From positions 135,100,001 to 135,164,000 of the forward strand of contig CM059432.1 in the NCBI GenBank assembly GCA_030390025.1: 64,000 nt of DNA, written 5' to 3'. Shown piece after piece: positions 49,708-62,520 of the stretch (the stretch's first letter is position 1; each line of letters opens with the position of its first letter). Origin of the DNA: Squalus acanthias. Its lineage: Eukaryota. The position numbers and the translations under genes were made by a program. The notes under the pieces are model-generated. The model worked only from the letters and a program-made list of their open reading frames with translations, was not told the origin of the DNA and searched no databases.

Positions 49708-51597
49708 TCGCAGAGGGAAGAGGAAGACGCAGAAGAGGAAGATGCAGAAGGAAGGTTGCAACCCAGACAGCCTGTCTGGTCGGGATATCCGGAATGGAAT
49801 CATCCACCTGCGGTACCAGTGACCACAACTCCAATTCCCCTTTCAACGTTTGTCCCACACCTTACCTTCCCTCTGTTACTGACCATCACAGCGTCCTCTT
49901 GGCCACAATGATGAAATAAAAGCCACCACAAAGCAAACTTTCCAATCCAACTTTATACATCTATCCATCCAATATGACATCAATAAATCAACTCATCATC
50001 CTTATGCATTCTCTTACTGACCTGTCTTGTGTCTGCCTTTGCCTACCCTACTGATGTCACGCAGTGCTACCCCAGTGGCTGCAGCATGGCTGGTGGAAGG
50101 CTGCTGACTTTCAGTGGGGAAAACTGCAAATGGCCTTGCTGGTCGACCTTGAGGAGCTGGTGGCTGGGAGTGTGAAATAGAGTGACAGTGTTTCTTCTTC
50201 TTCACTCTCCTCTCCCTCTTCTTGGCCAACCAATGGCTGGGCAGGCTGCATTTCTTGGGTGTGCGAAATGAGGAAGGCACAAGGGTGGAGTTGTGATGAG
50301 GGGAGGGCGGAAAAGCAAGAGGTGCATGCGAGAAGGAGGATAATGTATGAAGATACCAGCTTGTATCGTTTCTGCCCCACCGCTGGCCAATGGCCTGCAC
50401 CATCTCCTCCAAGGGGGTGGTGAGGCTAGGAATGGGAGGTGTACCTCATGATTGGTACAGATTGCTGGTAGGCGAGTGATTGGGGGAGTCATGCATTGAG
50501 AAGTGTGTGAGGCTAGTAATTCAGTTGGTAGGAGATGGCATTTGAAGATCAGGTCTGAGGTCATGAAGCTTCTTTGGGCACTAGAGCCAGGTGGTGAGGG
50601 CGACACTGCTGGCAGTGACGGCCTTGGTGATGTGGTCCCACATTGTTCTTTCTGGAGAGCCTGCTGGCCCTTGTGGGTAGAGGACCTCTCTTGCAGTGTT
50701 GACCCCCTGCACAAAGTTGGAGTGCTGCGTGCGAGACCCTGGGTCCCCCATCCCTGGCTTGCTGAGCCATTTGTGTTAGTGCTGAAGCACTTTTCCCATT
50801 TTTTAAGGTGCGGAAGGGAATTCAGCTTTAAGAGCTGAAGACTCCCATTTGGGACTTCTTAAAAGGCAGTAAGGGCTGAAAACTGCATTTTTTAACTTCA
50901 TTTTTATTTTTATCAGTTCACAAGACATTGCCCTTTTAATGTCCCACAATACCTCGTGAATTCATTGCCTCGCTTCCAGAGGCTGTTGGAAGATGGAACG
51001 CTGCTTCTAGACACCAAATTTGGGACCGATGCCTGCACTAATGCCACCAGGAGGGCGTTACATGGTGAGTTAGCGCTGGGCTAAAAATCTTTAGTCCCCT
51101 GCGCGAATTTTTCTCTTCTACCGCCGTGGACATTTTCAGCAGCCATTAACCCGAGGCCGCGGTGACACGGGCAACTTTCGTGGCAGCCACGAATTTCTAG
51201 GCTGAAGTCTTTACATGATCTCCCTTGGTGATGTAGTTAGTGATTGTACAGTTTTGGTAGCATCTGGCATTTTTAGAAGTCTTAGTAGGTTTGCAATTTC
51301 CTGGGCTAATAAAACAAGCCACTTTTCAAGTTTCCCAATTTAACTGCCTATTCCGTTCATTTATAAAGGTCCTTGCCCAAAGTATGACAGTTTAGACTAG
51401 TTTCATTATTAGTCCATTAGTTTATAATTAGCTGTGTGCAATTCTCCTGTTTTGACGTGATGACCACTTGCTTAATTTTATTTTTAAAAATTAGGAATTC
51501 AAAACTTCTTCAATACCTATTGTAATATAGTAACTATCCATATTTAACAATTCTAAACAAGAATTAGAATATATACAACTGATTAGGGTAAACTTAC

Positions 51598-51653
51598 AGG
51601 TTTAAAGAACTCCTTGTCAGTCTTTGCTTCAGTCTCCCACACATGATGTCCAT
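51598..51653 (-). CDS. NFATC1: NFATC1 coding exon (human exon 7 equivalent), IPT/RHD C-terminal part
   Basis: 56-nt exon, tttcCAG acceptor and GTAAGT donor. Encodes (D)GHHVWETEAKTDKEFFKP, matching human DGHHVWEMEAKTDRDLCKP. Ends phase 0, compatible with the next exon. Not in the ORF track. Confidence 0.93.
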
Positions 51654-52491
51654 CTGGAAAGAAATCATAATTTTTTCAATGGAATTCTGTGAATTTATCT
51701 TCCTTTAATTGTGTCCTCCAAGAGACTTTTTGTTTTGCAATTTACAACGCATAATATTATGAAACCAGATTAGAGATTTATTTTGTGATATGGTTGTCAG
51801 AATAAAGTGTTCATCTTATACTGTTGAAAATTTCATTAGCCAGTGTGCTTTTTTTTCCCCCTAAATATAACTGGCTTTATTCAAAATATGTCATATATCT
51901 CAGATAGCTTAACCTTCTCTTAAGGTTTACCAAAACTAATCTTGATAGGATCTTATCTGTTCATTTCCAACATAGCAGGGGAACTTGATACCTCCTGTCC
52001 TCAAATAATCTTGATTTGTACAAGTAGTATTTAAAAAAAAATCATGCTGTACTATTCTTGCAACACAAGAGTGGGCGAGTGCAGATGACCACTTCCTTTG
52101 ATGCATTAATCAGACTCTCAAGAGCCACGTGCTCATCAGAAGTAAAACTGGCTTGTTCTGCCGTGGCAGAATTGTTCTTGATTAAATTCACAGGGCGAAG
52201 GCTTCTACTACTGCCGTACTATACACAACATTGTAACAAGATATGCACTATGAGCACTGTTTATTTCGCCTTTTGTAAAAATAAATCGATTAATAATTTT
52301 CTTCCGTTGGAGAATTTTCTAGTGAATTGCAGCTCTGAGTTCCGCTATTGCATCTAGACAATTAAGCTCTTCCTGAGTGTAATTGTTTGCAGATGAAGGC
52401 TTTCAAATGGGGCCCATTAAGTCAATAATGCGATACAAGGGTATTCTAATTGTGCATAATTAATTGTTTACATGATGTGCGTGTGAATGAA

Positions 52492-53250
52492 GACAACAAC
52501 AACAACAACTTGTATTTTGCTATTGTATTTATATAGCGTCTTTAGCATAGTAACATATCCCAAGGCACTTCACAGGAGCGATTATCAAACAAAATTTGAC
52601 AGCGAGCCACATAAGGAGATATTAGGGCAAAGCTTGGTCAAAGAGGTAGGTTTTAAGAAGCATCTTAAAGGAAGAAAGAGAGATAGAGAGGTGGAGAGGT
52701 TAAGGGACGGAATTCCAGAGCTTAGGGCCTAAGCAGCTGAAGGCACGGCCACCAATGGTGAAGCGATTAAAAATCGGGGATGCTCAAGAGGCCAGAATTG
52801 GAGGAGCGCAAAGATCTTGGAGGGTTGTAGGGCTGGAGGAGATTACAGAGATAGGAAGGGGCGAGGCCATGGCGGGATTTGAAAACAAGGATGAGAATTT
52901 TAAATTTGAGGTGATGCTTAACCGTGAGCCAATGTAGGTCAGCGAGCACAGGGGAGATGGGCGAATGGGACTTGGTGCGAGTTAGGACACGGGCAGCCGA
53001 GTTTTGGATGACCTCAAGTTTACGGGGGGTGGAATGTGGGAGGCCAGCCAGGAGTGCATTGGAATAGTCAAGTCTAGAGGTAACAAAGGCATGGATGAGG
53101 GTTTCAGCAGCGGATGAGCTGAGGTAGGGCGGAGGTCGGGTGATGTTACGGAGGTGGAAATAGGCGGTCTTAATGATGGCACGGATATGTGGTTGGAAGC
53201 TAAATATGACACCAAGGTTGCGAACAGTCTAGTTCAGCTTCAGACAGTCA
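52492..53250 (-). mobile_element. L2 LINE 3' fragment
   Basis: LADLHWLTVKHHLKFKILILVFKS..GLAPSYLCNLLQPYNPPRSLRSSNSGLL, (CAA)n tail on +. Confidence 0.9.
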
Positions 53251-54091
53251 CTATTTGGGTCCATATGAAGCCGAGAGATATAGTTGGAAAAAAAAATCAG
53301 ATGTAAAACCTCATCAGGAGAAAGACAACGGAGTTGACACTTCTCATCCAATTTCCCCATCTCCGGTGGGAAGGCACCTGGGGCAACAAGTTTTCATGGT
53401 CTCCGCCCAGTGGGAACACGGAAATAGCAGGCCGAAAATGGCATTGCACCAACGTTCACGGTGTTGCTGCTGCCATTTGCGTTGGGGTCTTGATGTGGGC
53501 AGACTAGGTACCTGTCTATTTCAGGCAGGAGCTGACTTGTAATACGTTAATCATGCTTCTATTACGTACATGGAGCCCCGACACAATTTTGAGGCATCAA
53601 TGGGTAGAGTGCGCACCACCCACACTCTGCCCACTGATACCAGGTGATGAGCGGCCTAACCAGTGGTCCATTTAGGGATCGCTGCTGGCCTCTCAGCAAA
53701 CAGCCCATGAATGCTTCTCCTGGCGCCAGAAATAAAAGAATCTTCCAGCCCGCTGCCTCCCACTTAAGATGCAACTTCCAGCTCGGTTCTACGGAGGAGC
53801 CACTGGCATTCCTGCCTCCGTAACCCCAACCCCGCCCCCCCCCCCCAACACCCCACTGCCTGACTGGCAAGCTGCATGTGAGCGGCGGTGCTGTGCTTGC
53901 AGCCCACCAGCCGTAACCAAATAAGGCCTGGCCCTCAAGGGGCTTCACGCGGGTGGACGGCACGAGGGCTCTTCCCGTCAGTCGCCCGAAGTCCGCCTGA
54001 AAGTGAGAATCGACCCTCTGGACTCTGCTTGCCTTTGGCCCATGCAGCCTGGTTATCAGCAACTCCATGGAATCATGTCATGCATTGGTAA

Positions 54092-54556
54092 AAGAAAGAA
54101 AAAACTTGCATTTATATAGCGCCTTTCAAGACTTCAGGATGCCCCAAAGTGCTTTACAGCCAATAAAGTACTTTTGAAGTGCTGTTGTAATGTAGGAAAC
54201 ACGGCAGCCAATTTGCACACAGCAAGGTCCCACACACAGCAATGTGATAATAACCAGATAATCTGTTTTTAGTGATGTTGGTTGAGGGATAAATATTGGC
54301 CCAGGACACTGGGGAGAACTCCCCTGCTCTTCTTCAAAATAGTGCCATGGGATCTTTTACATCCATCTGAGAGAGCAGACGGGGCCTCGGTTTAACTTCT
54401 CATCCGAAAGACGGCACCTCCGACAGCGCAGCGCTCCCTCAGCACTGCACTAGAGTGTAAGTCTCGATTATGTGCTCAAGTCTCTGGAGATAGACTTGAA
54501 CCCACGACCTGCTCACTCAGAGGCAAAGAGTGCTACTCACTGAGCCACGGCTGACA
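54092..54556 (-). mobile_element. Deu-domain SINE
   Basis: Homolog of 4951-5422. Confidence 0.85.
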
Positions 54557-54619
54557 AGAACGGTCTTCTATTTTTGGTACCCTGAAACTGCACTGTATGC
54601 TTCCAGCTGAGGTGTAGCA

Positions 54620-57600
54620 TGGTAGATTTTCTGGGAGTGATATGCGATTCAGGCGTATATAAGGTGGGCAGTGGGTGGGCTGTCTGTTCTGCCCGACGCA
54701 GTTAGCAGGAGACCGAATGTGGTTGGGCCTCATTTGAATTGAATTGGCCAGGTGCCAGTGCTAAGCTTGCTCCTTCTAGGCAGCTCGCCAACTGTAAGGG
54801 TGGGAAATTTGGCAGGGTGACCGTGCCTAAAGGCAGCCTGAAGCCCCTTAAAGGGAAGGTGCACTTTGCAATGGTGGTTAGTGGAAAGTGGGTTTTCCGA
54901 AGCAGCAGGCAGCATGGCGTTGTCTAGGGGCCCCCTGATTGTCCAATGCAGCCATGAAGATGCTTGCAGAACAAGTAAGCAACAGGAAGGAGATCTTCTT
55001 CTTCTCTGATTGCCAATAGGTGCCCCGTCAAGTTAGTCAGCACCAATAGAGAGTGGTGGCAGATCAAGTCAATGCCAGCAATGTTGTTCCTAGGACTGGG
55101 CTGCAGTACAGGTAAAAAAAATTAGTGATCTGACTAGGACTGACGCCACTTCACATCTCTCTGACTCTCTGTACAGCTCTGCACCACCCTAATTTAACCC
55201 CAGCACCGTTAATCTTTCCCTTCCCACACCTCTCCTCCACTCACAATAAGACACTTTACTGCACCTCCTTCTGCTTGAACTTATACCCTCAAAGCCTGCT
55301 ACTGCCCTCACAACTACTTGCCCCTCTGGACCACACCTGCTGCTTCCTCCCATTATGCACACTGCGCAAAGCTGCCTCACTCAGCTCCAAAACCGTCCAA
55401 CAGGGCACAGACTAACACACTGCCACTCTTGCAGGGGAAGCTGGCAAACAACAGAAAGGAGAGTACAAGAACAGGAGGAGGTGTCGCTGCACTACAAACT
55501 CTGAGAGCTACGGAGGCGACGGCCATTGATATCAGTGAGGGAGAGAGGGCACGCAGCATCAGAAACACATGCACACGCGCGCGCGCACACACATACAAAA
55601 AAAACCTGGTGCTGCATTGCGCTCCCCACTCATCTGCTGCTACTAAACCTTGCCATTATGTGGTCACCCTTGTCCCTATACCCTTTATCTAAGCCTTTCA
55701 GATGACACTGGCCCTGCAGGTGCACAGTCTGAGGGGGAGAACCCTCCTGAAGATGAACTGTCATTTGTTTGTACCCTTCCAGGCGCCAGCACAGAAATCA
55801 GCACCCTGCGTGTGGTCGGGCCTCATTTAATTTGAATTGGCCAGGTGCCAGTGCTAATCTTGCTCCTTGTAGGCAGCTCGCCAATTGGCAGGATGGGAAA
55901 CCTGGCAGAGTCACCGCTTCTTAAAGGCAGCCGGAAGGCCCTTAAAGGGGTGGTGCACTTTGCAATGGTAGTTAGACAGTGATAGTGAGTTAGAGGGGTT
56001 GACACTGGGTGACTCACGAAGCACAAATGTGCAGGAGCAAGTGCAGGTGGAAAGCCTGGACCAGGAAACGGTTCAGGCTCTGCCGAAGAGGACACAGATG
56101 CAGAATTTAGGGAGCCAGCCTTTAAAAGTAAAGTGTTTTCTGCGCACCGGCAGTTGCTCAATATTTTGGACTGCCTGCCAGGGAGCTTCTGCAACACGTT
56201 GGAGAGTGTGGGGGAATCCACTACCAACGTGTGCGGGGTTCCGGCGCATGCTATCAACACTCTGCAGACAACCATGGAGCGTGTGGTCACCTCAGTGGAC
56301 ACTGCAGCTGGGACCTACTTGCAGGAGTCTGTGGCACCAGTCGTCGCACTGCTTAGGAATGATTGTCGGACCGCACTGGCTTCTAGGCTCCACCATCTCC
56401 TCCACCTTGGACAGGCTGGGAGTCTGAATAGAGCGGGGCTCTAATTAAATCACGTATGTCTTGCAGTCTGCTCTCTCAGTGCAGTAGTGAGCCCCAGCCC
56501 AGCACCAGAGGCAGTCGCGCAATGGGAGTGGAACAGGTTGCCATCTCTCAGTACGACGGCACACCTGGACTCTCGCCACCCCTTTTAATCAACAGCTGCC
56601 CTGGTGCCAGACTGCCCGTTGTTGTTGCACTCTACAGCTAGGCCCTCTCTCAGGCCTGAGCTCCTAGAGGTCCCCGACCACGAGCATCTCAATAGCCCTC
56701 GACTGAGCCACAGAAGCCTTCCACCTCCCTTGCTGCAGCCATTGCGGAAACACCTTATAGGAGCACTGGAGTAGGTGAGAGAGCACTTAAGACAGGCACT
56801 ATGGGCTTGCCCCAGTGTGATCATTAGTATGAGGCATTTGTATAAGCCAGTAAAACAGTAAAAACTTTTAAAAATCTGTGTGCAGAGAGTGTTCCTGTGT
56901 CAGCTGGTGATCCTGCAACATTAGCTGAGCTGAAAATCAATGATGGTCTTTGGGCAGATGCAGTTCATTGTAAAGTGGAAGAACTGGGACAGATTTTGAA
57001 CATGACTGTTAATGAGAAGCACAGGGAATGTTCAGCTGAAGTACTCTTCAATCAGCAAGCTGCCGAAGAGATCTGGCCGCTGGCAACTGTTGGACCTCCT
57101 CCTACTTCCCTACCATCCTCTATGTCATCAGTGTCATCGCCTACATCACGTTGAAGGTCCTGATCCAGTGGTAGCTACATGTGTTCTCTCCATTTCAGGG
57201 TAAAATTACGCGGCATGCAGCAAACCACTATCAGGTCGGACACTCTTCATGGGCTACACTGGAGGAAGCCATCAGAAATGTTCAGGCATCACAACCGTTG
57301 CTGGAGGAAGCCAATGGTCTGCTCAATGAGGGCTCCAGGTGAGCCATAGATCTGATTATAGCACTGTTCGGCTGCCTTGCATGTGGTCCTGAGAGAAGTC
57401 ATGAGCAAAGTTCCCCCTCATTTTTTTTGGGGGTGCGCGGCCCATTCACAGTTTCACGCATGCGCGAATTGTAACATTGGAAAAGCCGGTCCCGGGCCGG
57501 CAGAGAGCTGGGCGGCTTAGAAGGCACGTTGGTCAGGAGCCAAGCGTGCAGCGGATAGCCCTTGTCTCAAACAGCCAGCTGCTCACTTGCTGTGCATGGG

Positions 57601-58578
57601 GAATGGAGAATTGCCGCAAGATAAACGCACCCTTGCAGCTGCCATGAAAGTGGGCACAAACTTGCATGATGTGCTGCCGGTGATCACGCACCAGTTGCAC
57701 AAGACTGGAACGGAAACCCCTGCGATACACGGAGGCGTGGTGGTCGTGTGAAAGAGCCGGCAGGGTGGCATGGGTGCAGTTGATGATGTGCTGGGCTTGG
57801 GGGCGGGGGGAGCCTGCAATCTGTACGAACACCAGAGCCCTATCCTGCTGTTTCAGGTTGTCCATGGGAAAAGTGATGACAGTGTTTGCTCTAGCAAACA
57901 TGGAATCAGTCAGCTGTTTAATGCATGGACTGCAGACTGACTGATGTTACTGATATCTGAAAGCCTGAAAGGAGCTGGAAGCAAAGAAATTCAGGGGTGT
58001 AATGGCCTTGATTGCAACACGCAATGCTGAGCCAGCTGTGGCAATGGGTTGTAGGTCTTGCTGCAGAAAGCCTAAAAATTCAAACAGCCTCCCTAGTGAA
58101 GCAAAGCTCCTCAGAGAACTGCAGGTATGTAGTCTTGAGCCTATAAACTCTGGGGGAGGGGGCGGGGGGAGGATTCCTGCACGCATGCCTCCTTCTATCT
58201 CGTCTCCCTGCAGTTTGATCTTCATCCTATTGCGGGTCCTCATCATCTAGACAGAATGGAATTGTCAGAAGAAGCCCCCAGGAAAAAAAGACTGTTGATA
58301 GAAGCCCCATAAAAGTTCAGAATGTTGTACATCGCCACTGCAAGCACTTTAAAAATAGACTATGTATGAAAAAAAAACTGCAGTGTAATGGAAACAAAAT
58401 GCCTCCCAAAACTTTCCAGCATTTTAACTGAGAGCAGATGAGGATCCCGTTGGAAATGGCCACCTCCCAAATAGCACCACCCATCATTTGTGGGCAGGTT
58501 GAGGAACTGGCAATGCGAGTAGAGGCGAAAATGGTCTTTGTGGTCTTAACTGCTATCATTTGACCCCAATTTGCCTAC
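54620..58578. mobile_element. Decayed near-full-length PIF/Harbinger transposon (Myb/SANT gene on +, DDE transposase on -)
   Basis: Minus 57000-58250: LQQDLQP...ALRVAIKAITPLNFFASSSFQA, FARANTVITFPMD...IINCTHATL...RRGFRSSLVQLVRDHRQHIMQVCAHFHGSCKGAFILRQ, IEQTIGFLQQRL (HARBI1/DDE_Tnp_4-like). Plus 54930-56420: broken Myb/SANT-like ORF (VNASNVVPRTGLQ, KLANNRKESTRTGGG). Ends approximate. Confidence 0.85.
57406..57531. mobile_element. hAT-type MITE inserted in the Harbinger transposase gene
   Basis: caaagttcccc...ggcacgttg, TSD GTCATGAG/GTCAGGAG. Confidence 0.8.
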
Positions 58579-58651
58579 ATTAATGAAGCCCCCATCTGTT
58601 TCCACTGAGTGAATTAGCAGAAACAAGGACGAAAAAACGCAATAGGTCTAT

Positions 58652-59270
58652 GGCTGAGATTTTCCTTACATCGGTGAATCCGGGGCGGGCGACGTCGGTG
58701 GCAGGTCCCGACCCCGCTGCTGGCTCCATCCCTCTCTGGAAAATGATTTTACATTGATAGGGCTTGTTAAGCTCACTCAGCGCGTTTCCCGGTCCAATTA
58801 GAGGAAACAGGTCTGGTGACATAATTCATGACGCGTCATCAGCCGGTTTCCTTAAAGGGACCATGGCCAACTTTCTTTTAACATTTGTGCTGTCAGTGTT
58901 CTACTGCATTGAGGTGCTGCAAACACTGACAAGCACTGGCTGCACCCAGGTTCTCCCATGACTCCCTCCATATGCTTATGGAGGGAGTCACTGCACGCAG
59001 GGTGGTCCTCTTCCCTTCCCGTCCCTTCCCATGGGCGGAAGACACCTCCCCAGGAGACCAACACAGCCTGGTTGCACATTGCACAGGAGGACACAAGCAT
59101 GGCTGCTTGAATCCAAGTCAGCCTGAAAATCGGAGTGGCTGGGCAGCCAGCTGTAAGTGGGCTGTTCAATCCATTAAGCATTTTGATGCTGTTACTCCCT
59201 CACCTACGCACCCCCGCCCCCCCCCTTTTTTAAGCATAAACAGGGCAGTGGCAAGACAAAAAATTGCCCC
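58652..59270 (+). mobile_element. Harbinger derivative (2408-3461 family 5' part)
   Basis: 58680-59100 is clearly homologous to 2440-2860 (gacgcgtcatcagccggtttccttaaagggaccat). Ends aaaaattgcccc. Confidence 0.75.
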
Positions 59271-60334
59271 TTCTGATTCATAAATCATGGTGAAGTACCT
59301 AGTGAGGGGACTTTCAGATAAGCATGTTAGCCATTCATATGTTAATATTGCATATCCTAAATTCAGGGCCTAGATATTTAATCCTGGTGCTCAGGGAGGG
59401 CAACATATCTCGTCACATGGAGAAACTTCAGAGAAGTGCACTGGACAGAGTCATGCCCTCAATCCCTCTGAATACCTATGAGTGAATTAGCAGAAGCAAG
59501 GATGAAGAAACACAACATGACTTTGTATGTCTATGCTACTGGATGGAATCTAAATTTGTTGCACAATATTTTAGTTAGTTGCGTGTTATTCTGTGCAGTG
59601 GTCCTTGACTTGCTTTTGCCATCAGGGAGGGAACTGAAAGTATTGATAAAACTTCTCAAACTTTAAGCAAATCGTACATTAAAAAAAAAATACACCCACA
59701 GTACCCCTCGTGACACTTAAATGGAGATATATGGGACAGGCACTTCAGCAATAAACCGTTTACCTAAAGTGAGTTGAAATTGTTTTTTTAAGTTTCTGCT
59801 TCAGAAATCAAAACATTTATTAATATAATGCTCAATTTGCAGCAATAAATTATGGAAAATAAACTACTTTGGTGCGGTACACACAATGCACTTGGATTTA
59901 TGGTGCTTGTACGTTATGCAGCCACTTGTTACTCAATAGTTTATTTTTTTTAATCTTTTGCTCACTGTTTTATAGCCTCTAATTCCCCGCTACACCATTA
60001 TAGTCTCTATGTTGCCTTGTCACTGTACTTGCATCTCTATCAGAACACTAGAACAACTCAGTCATTTTTCAATAGGAATAGAACTTTTTTAAAAACTTAA
60101 AGTCACAGCATAAGTACATGCAGTTTTATCATGAAGTCGGTTAGTTTACCAACGTATAATTTGCCGCTGGATGCAGCTAAAAGAACGTAAGTTGAACAGT
60201 AATCATTTTAAAATTGTAATGCACTTGGATGAGAACTTTGGTTTGTAAGAACAGTACATTCCTAGTTATATTTATATCTAATCATGCAATAAAGTGCACA
60301 GTAATCTCTTTCTTTTGTACACTGCATAATATTT

Positions 60335-60686
60335 AAGATACTGAGGGGGATTGACAGGGTAGATTGACAGCTGAGAGGTTGTTTCCCCTGGCTGGAGAGT
60401 CTCGAACTAGGGGGCATAGTCTCAGGATAAGGGGTCGGCCATTTAAGACTGAGATGAGGAGGAATTTCTTCACTCAGAAGATTGTGAATTTTTGGTATTC
60501 TCTACTCCAAAGGGCTGTGGATGCTGACTCGTTGAGTATATTCAAGTCTGAAATAGATAGATTTTTGTGGATCGGGCTGGAAAGTGGAGTGGAGGTAGAA
60601 GATCAGCCATGATCTTTTTGAATGGTGGAGCAGGCTCGAGGGGCCGTATGGCCTACTCCTGCTCCTATTTCTTATGTTTTTATGTT
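60335..60686 (+). mobile_element. CR1 LINE 3' end
   Basis: ERLFPLAGESRTRGHSLRIRGRPFKTEMRRNFFTQ plus tail. Smaller CR1 pieces lie at 25628-25795, 30040-30370, 3881-3945 and 20943-21055. Confidence 0.85.
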
Positions 60687-62520
60687 AATATTACTGCGAC
60701 GGATTTATAAAGACAGCCCAGTGAAAACTACATACTGCACTCCAAACATTATCACTATGGCTTGTGTTAGGTTATTATAATTCATGCTGTATTTAACCAT
60801 ATCCCCAGATACTCACGTGTTTTACATGAATGTGTTCAGGCTCACTGATGAACAAAACTATTTCATTAGGTTTTCTTTTGTTTCTCACTGCTTCTCCTCT
60901 TCACAGATTTCTTTTCTCACATGGCATTCGTGCCAAAAGGACAGGTAACCTCCCTATGCTGTCTATTCCATGCTGCCACTGTATAATAGCGGGTATATGA
61001 GAATGTTCCAGGTTGATTCTCCCTCAGATTTTCCATTTCTCGCAGTTTAAAAGTGCCTATCCTCTGCTCGGCACCTCTCCATAATGCCATCAGGAATTCA
61101 GCGTGAAGGAATAGTGGGCAAGAACTCATGTGCCAAGTCTGTGGCAGTCCAGACTAGTCATATGTTATTTGGTCTACTTGTTTACCATAATACAGCTCAG
61201 ATATAAAAATATTGGAAATGATGTACAGTATTTTGGTAAACAGATGAAAAACCTACTCCTGTATCTGATGCCTGATCATGGAAGCAGCTTCACCACACGG
61301 ACTTCAATGGTTCAAGAAGGTCCACCACCACCTTTGCAGGCTAACTAGGGTTGGGCAATAAATGCCGGCCTTGCCAAAGGCACCCACGCCTCAAGAATTA
61401 TAATTATTTTTAAATTGCATATTTATGGGGAGATGTTAACCACTTTAAAATAAAGAGTTTAAAAAACGAGTTAAAATAGTAGACATTGTCAATGTCATAT
61501 GAACATATACACGTGTCCATCTGCTAATATCATCAACAGTAATTTTCAGGTTAATATTCTATCGTAGTGATAAGCAAACCATCGTGAAAGCAGCTTCACC
61601 GCACAGACTGCAACAGTTCAAGAAGTTCCACCACCACCTTCTCAGGGCAACTAGGGATGGGCAATAAATGCCGGTCTTTTTCTTCTGTCAACTTTCCTGG
61701 CTTCAGATCATTACCTTTGGTATGTGAGGGGGGAGAATGAATAAGGAATAATGTCCCATTCTGTTCCGTTTACTTCAAGGTCATTGGTCAAGTATTGGTT
61801 TCTAGAGTGTCCATGTTCTCCCACTGTAAACAGACTCAGAAAATGTGGATTGTTTCGATCCCACCGATTACTGAAAAAATGATTGTGTCCTTATTTGAAA
61901 GTGTTTTTATGTTTGATTCACCGCAGGGAGTAAAAGGAAGTATCCAGTATTCACATTCAGAATCTGGTTCACAATCGTGTTTGCAATTTTTAGATCTGAT
62001 GAAAAAAGCACCAAAACCTCTACAGAAGATTTTGAGACGGACAAAGTGGTTTTCACCCATTTCACAGTCTCATTACTTCCTGCTGTATTAAAAGCCAAAT
62101 GTTTGGACCGTGTGCAAAGTGCGTCAGCCATTCAAACACTGGCAGTGGTTCATAACAAAATTACTGTCAAATCTTGGTTTTAGGGCGAAGTTCTTCATTA
62201 TTATTGCTATTTGGTCATGAAAAGCATTCATACCAACAAATGTGAAAAAGTTCATTAGTAAATTCAATGGAAAATTAGGGATATTTTCCTATGTGCTTTG
62301 TTGGCAGGTTTGAAGGAGAGTGGAAAATATCTAGACATTTCTGGCTGTGAAACATCAAGAACATTTTTTTTTCTGTACCATTGAATTAAGTGTATTACTC
62401 AACAAAATAAAATGGTGCTGGTTCCTGTTCCATGACGCATATTTTACGGGTGAATTCATCTCAAATACTATGATGTAGTCTGCTTAAAAAGAGCAAGCTG
62501 TATAGATGGTTAAAAGCTTT

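Larger units (their letters stand above)
48334..51202. mobile_element. Harbinger derivative hosting nested insertions
   Basis: Termini ggggctaaaaaattcg / cgaatttctaggc, TSD TGA/TGA. Acidic transposase C-terminal remnant EEEDAEEEDAEG...GRDIRNGIIHLRYQ* near 49710-49820. Confidence 0.65.

Noticed and set aside
61795..62183. Four overlapping short ORFs as a further NFATC1 exon or a nested gene
   Set aside because: None resembles the expected upstream exon (AQELP...GHNF...FVEKA) or any family I recognise.
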